The notes under the pieces are model-generated. The model was not told the DNA's origin. It searched no databases and saw nothing but the letters and a program-made list of their open reading frames with translations. Position numbers and translations under genes: made by a program. A stretch of 63,369 nucleotides of DNA, filler included, from Rhabdomonas costata (lineage: Eukaryota), in the NCBI GenBank assembly GCA_019059605.1. It is 37 parts of 37 records of this genome, joined end to end, with 100 filler letters (N's around TTAATTAATTAA, not from the genome) between each part and the next. Parts side by side here need not be neighbours in the genome. Positions count along the whole stretch, not along the records: positions 61,753 to 63,369 come from JAHMHO010011962.1; 36 more parts are not named here. One strand, written 5' to 3'. Every line of letters starts with the position of its first letter. Position 1 is the stretch's first letter. Positions 61,995 through 63,369 of this stretch are shown piece after piece.

Positions 61995-63369
61995 AACCAT
62001 CACCTCACCCTTCGACCCAAAACACCCTTCACGTAAAAACACACCCTCCCTGACACCCCGAACCCACACTCACACTTCGAGACACAAGCGTAGTAGAAGC
62101 ACTGACAACATCCAACACCACCATCGCAACGTCCTGACACCCTGGCCCCAGAAATCCACACGTCGTAAATCCACACGTCAAACAACACGGAAGGCATCGA
62201 GGAACACACACCGTAGCACAAGCACTGGTAGAGAGCATGGTTGTAGCAGAAGGCCTGGAGACAGAAACGCTGGAGACAGAAACGCAGGAAGGCAGAAAGG
62301 CATCGGAGTCAACACATGCAGCACCAACACAGTCACCAGCAGCAGGAACCCTAACACAAGAAGCAGACACAGGAACCGGTACACCCTACGCATCAAGAAC
62401 AGAAACAGGAACAGGTACAGAGTCAGAAACAGAGAGCACGGTTGACGGGGACACCAAGATGCAGAAGCCCACAGCAAGCACAGCACACACTAACCCTAGC
62501 GACTACGACAACGACACCACTACAGCAAGTCCAGCAAACAGCGAAACAGAACCCAAGCATCCACCCACATCAGCAACCACAAGGCCCAACACCAACTCCT
62601 TCGACACTCCGACACACGAACCAGGAATACCAGCCACCACAAGCACAACCAACAAGAGCCACACACTGACACACCAAGAGAGCGAGAAGGAAGCAACACT
62701 GACACCGACACCGACAGGAGACACACCATGCACCGTACCACCACATCCCACAACCTGAACCCCAACCTGTGACACCGTGACACCACCATCCTACGCAACA
62801 CTACGACCCACTCCAACACCAGACACACCTACAGCCCCTGACACAGCCCCTGACCCTGACACTAACACTGACGCTGACCTTGACACACCACCAGACACAA
62901 CGCAACAACCAACGCAACAACCAACGCAAGAACCAACGCTACCACCACAGCCAACACAACCAACGCAAGAACGAACGCTACGACTACCACCAACACACCC
63001 TACGCATCGACCAACACCAACAGCAGAAGCACCAACAACACCTACGCTACAACCCTAAGCCTAACACACACACATACCCTTACCCTTACCCTAACCCTTA
63101 CCCTACGCAGAAGAAGAAGAAGAACATACGCGCGAAGAACCACCCATAGCACCCAGACCAACACTGCACTGACTCCTAGCACCACCCACCATCACACCCT
63201 CAGCCTCCAACCCCAAGACAGAATGCCGACTCACCCCACACTTCGAACCCAACCCCACACTACCCACAGCACAACTACCCTCCGAAGACACATGGATAAG
63301 CATACACACAGATGGACAAGCAGAAACACGCCGACTCACACCGCAACCAACCACACCCAATCCCACACC
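61995..63369 (+). pseudogene. Thr/Pro/Glu-rich mucin-like reading frame with 7 in-frame stops
   Basis: One frame (that of ORFs 62237 and 62777) keeps ACA/CCA/GAA codon periodicity through stops at 62051, 62135, 62756, 63056, 63062, 63092 and 63170. There is an extreme A/C strand skew and internal tandem duplication. Confidence 0.55.

Noticed and set aside
63053..63105. CCCTAA/CCCTTA telomere-like hexamers (also two TTAGGG at about 8257-8280)
   Set aside because: Only a few degenerate, internal copies within low-complexity sequence, so not a chromosome end.

Overview
This window is not a continuous locus. It is 37 unrelated contigs of about 1.6 kb, joined by 36 artificial 100-nt linkers (N44-TTAATTAATTAA-N44, giving stops in all six frames), so synteny across linkers means nothing. 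The DNA comes from an intron-rich eukaryote with short exons, GT-AG and some GC-AG introns, and very degenerate donor sites. A euglenid-like protist is my inference, not a proven assignment. Most contigs start with a G/T-only tag and end with an A/C-only tag, and many ends carry fold-back hairpins, which points to whole-genome amplification with G/T-only primers. Manual splicing gives gene fragments for a PH-domain protein, a DxD glycosyltransferase-like protein, a CCDC47-like protein, ubiquitin E1 (UBA1), an LRR protein, a CMGC/MAPK-like kinase, a class III nucleotide cyclase, a LEA-like repeat protein, a DEDDy exonuclease with a Zn finger, RTF1 Plus3, an EamA transporter, a CCHC knuckle, an AIDA-like N-terminus, MogA/gephyrin-G and a LURP-one-like protein. 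There are also coiled-coil and hypothetical exons, two decayed LINE fragments and a decayed Thr/Pro-rich frame. I found no rRNA, intact tRNA, CRISPR array or clearly new multi-gene system. The best leads are introns whose two ends base-pair, GC-AG donors, a diverged inverted repeat bracketing an exon, an array of GCGNAGC mini-hairpin motifs ahead of a LINE endonuclease, and a small hairpin repeat shared by two contigs. All family assignments are from motifs recognised by eye; no search was run.
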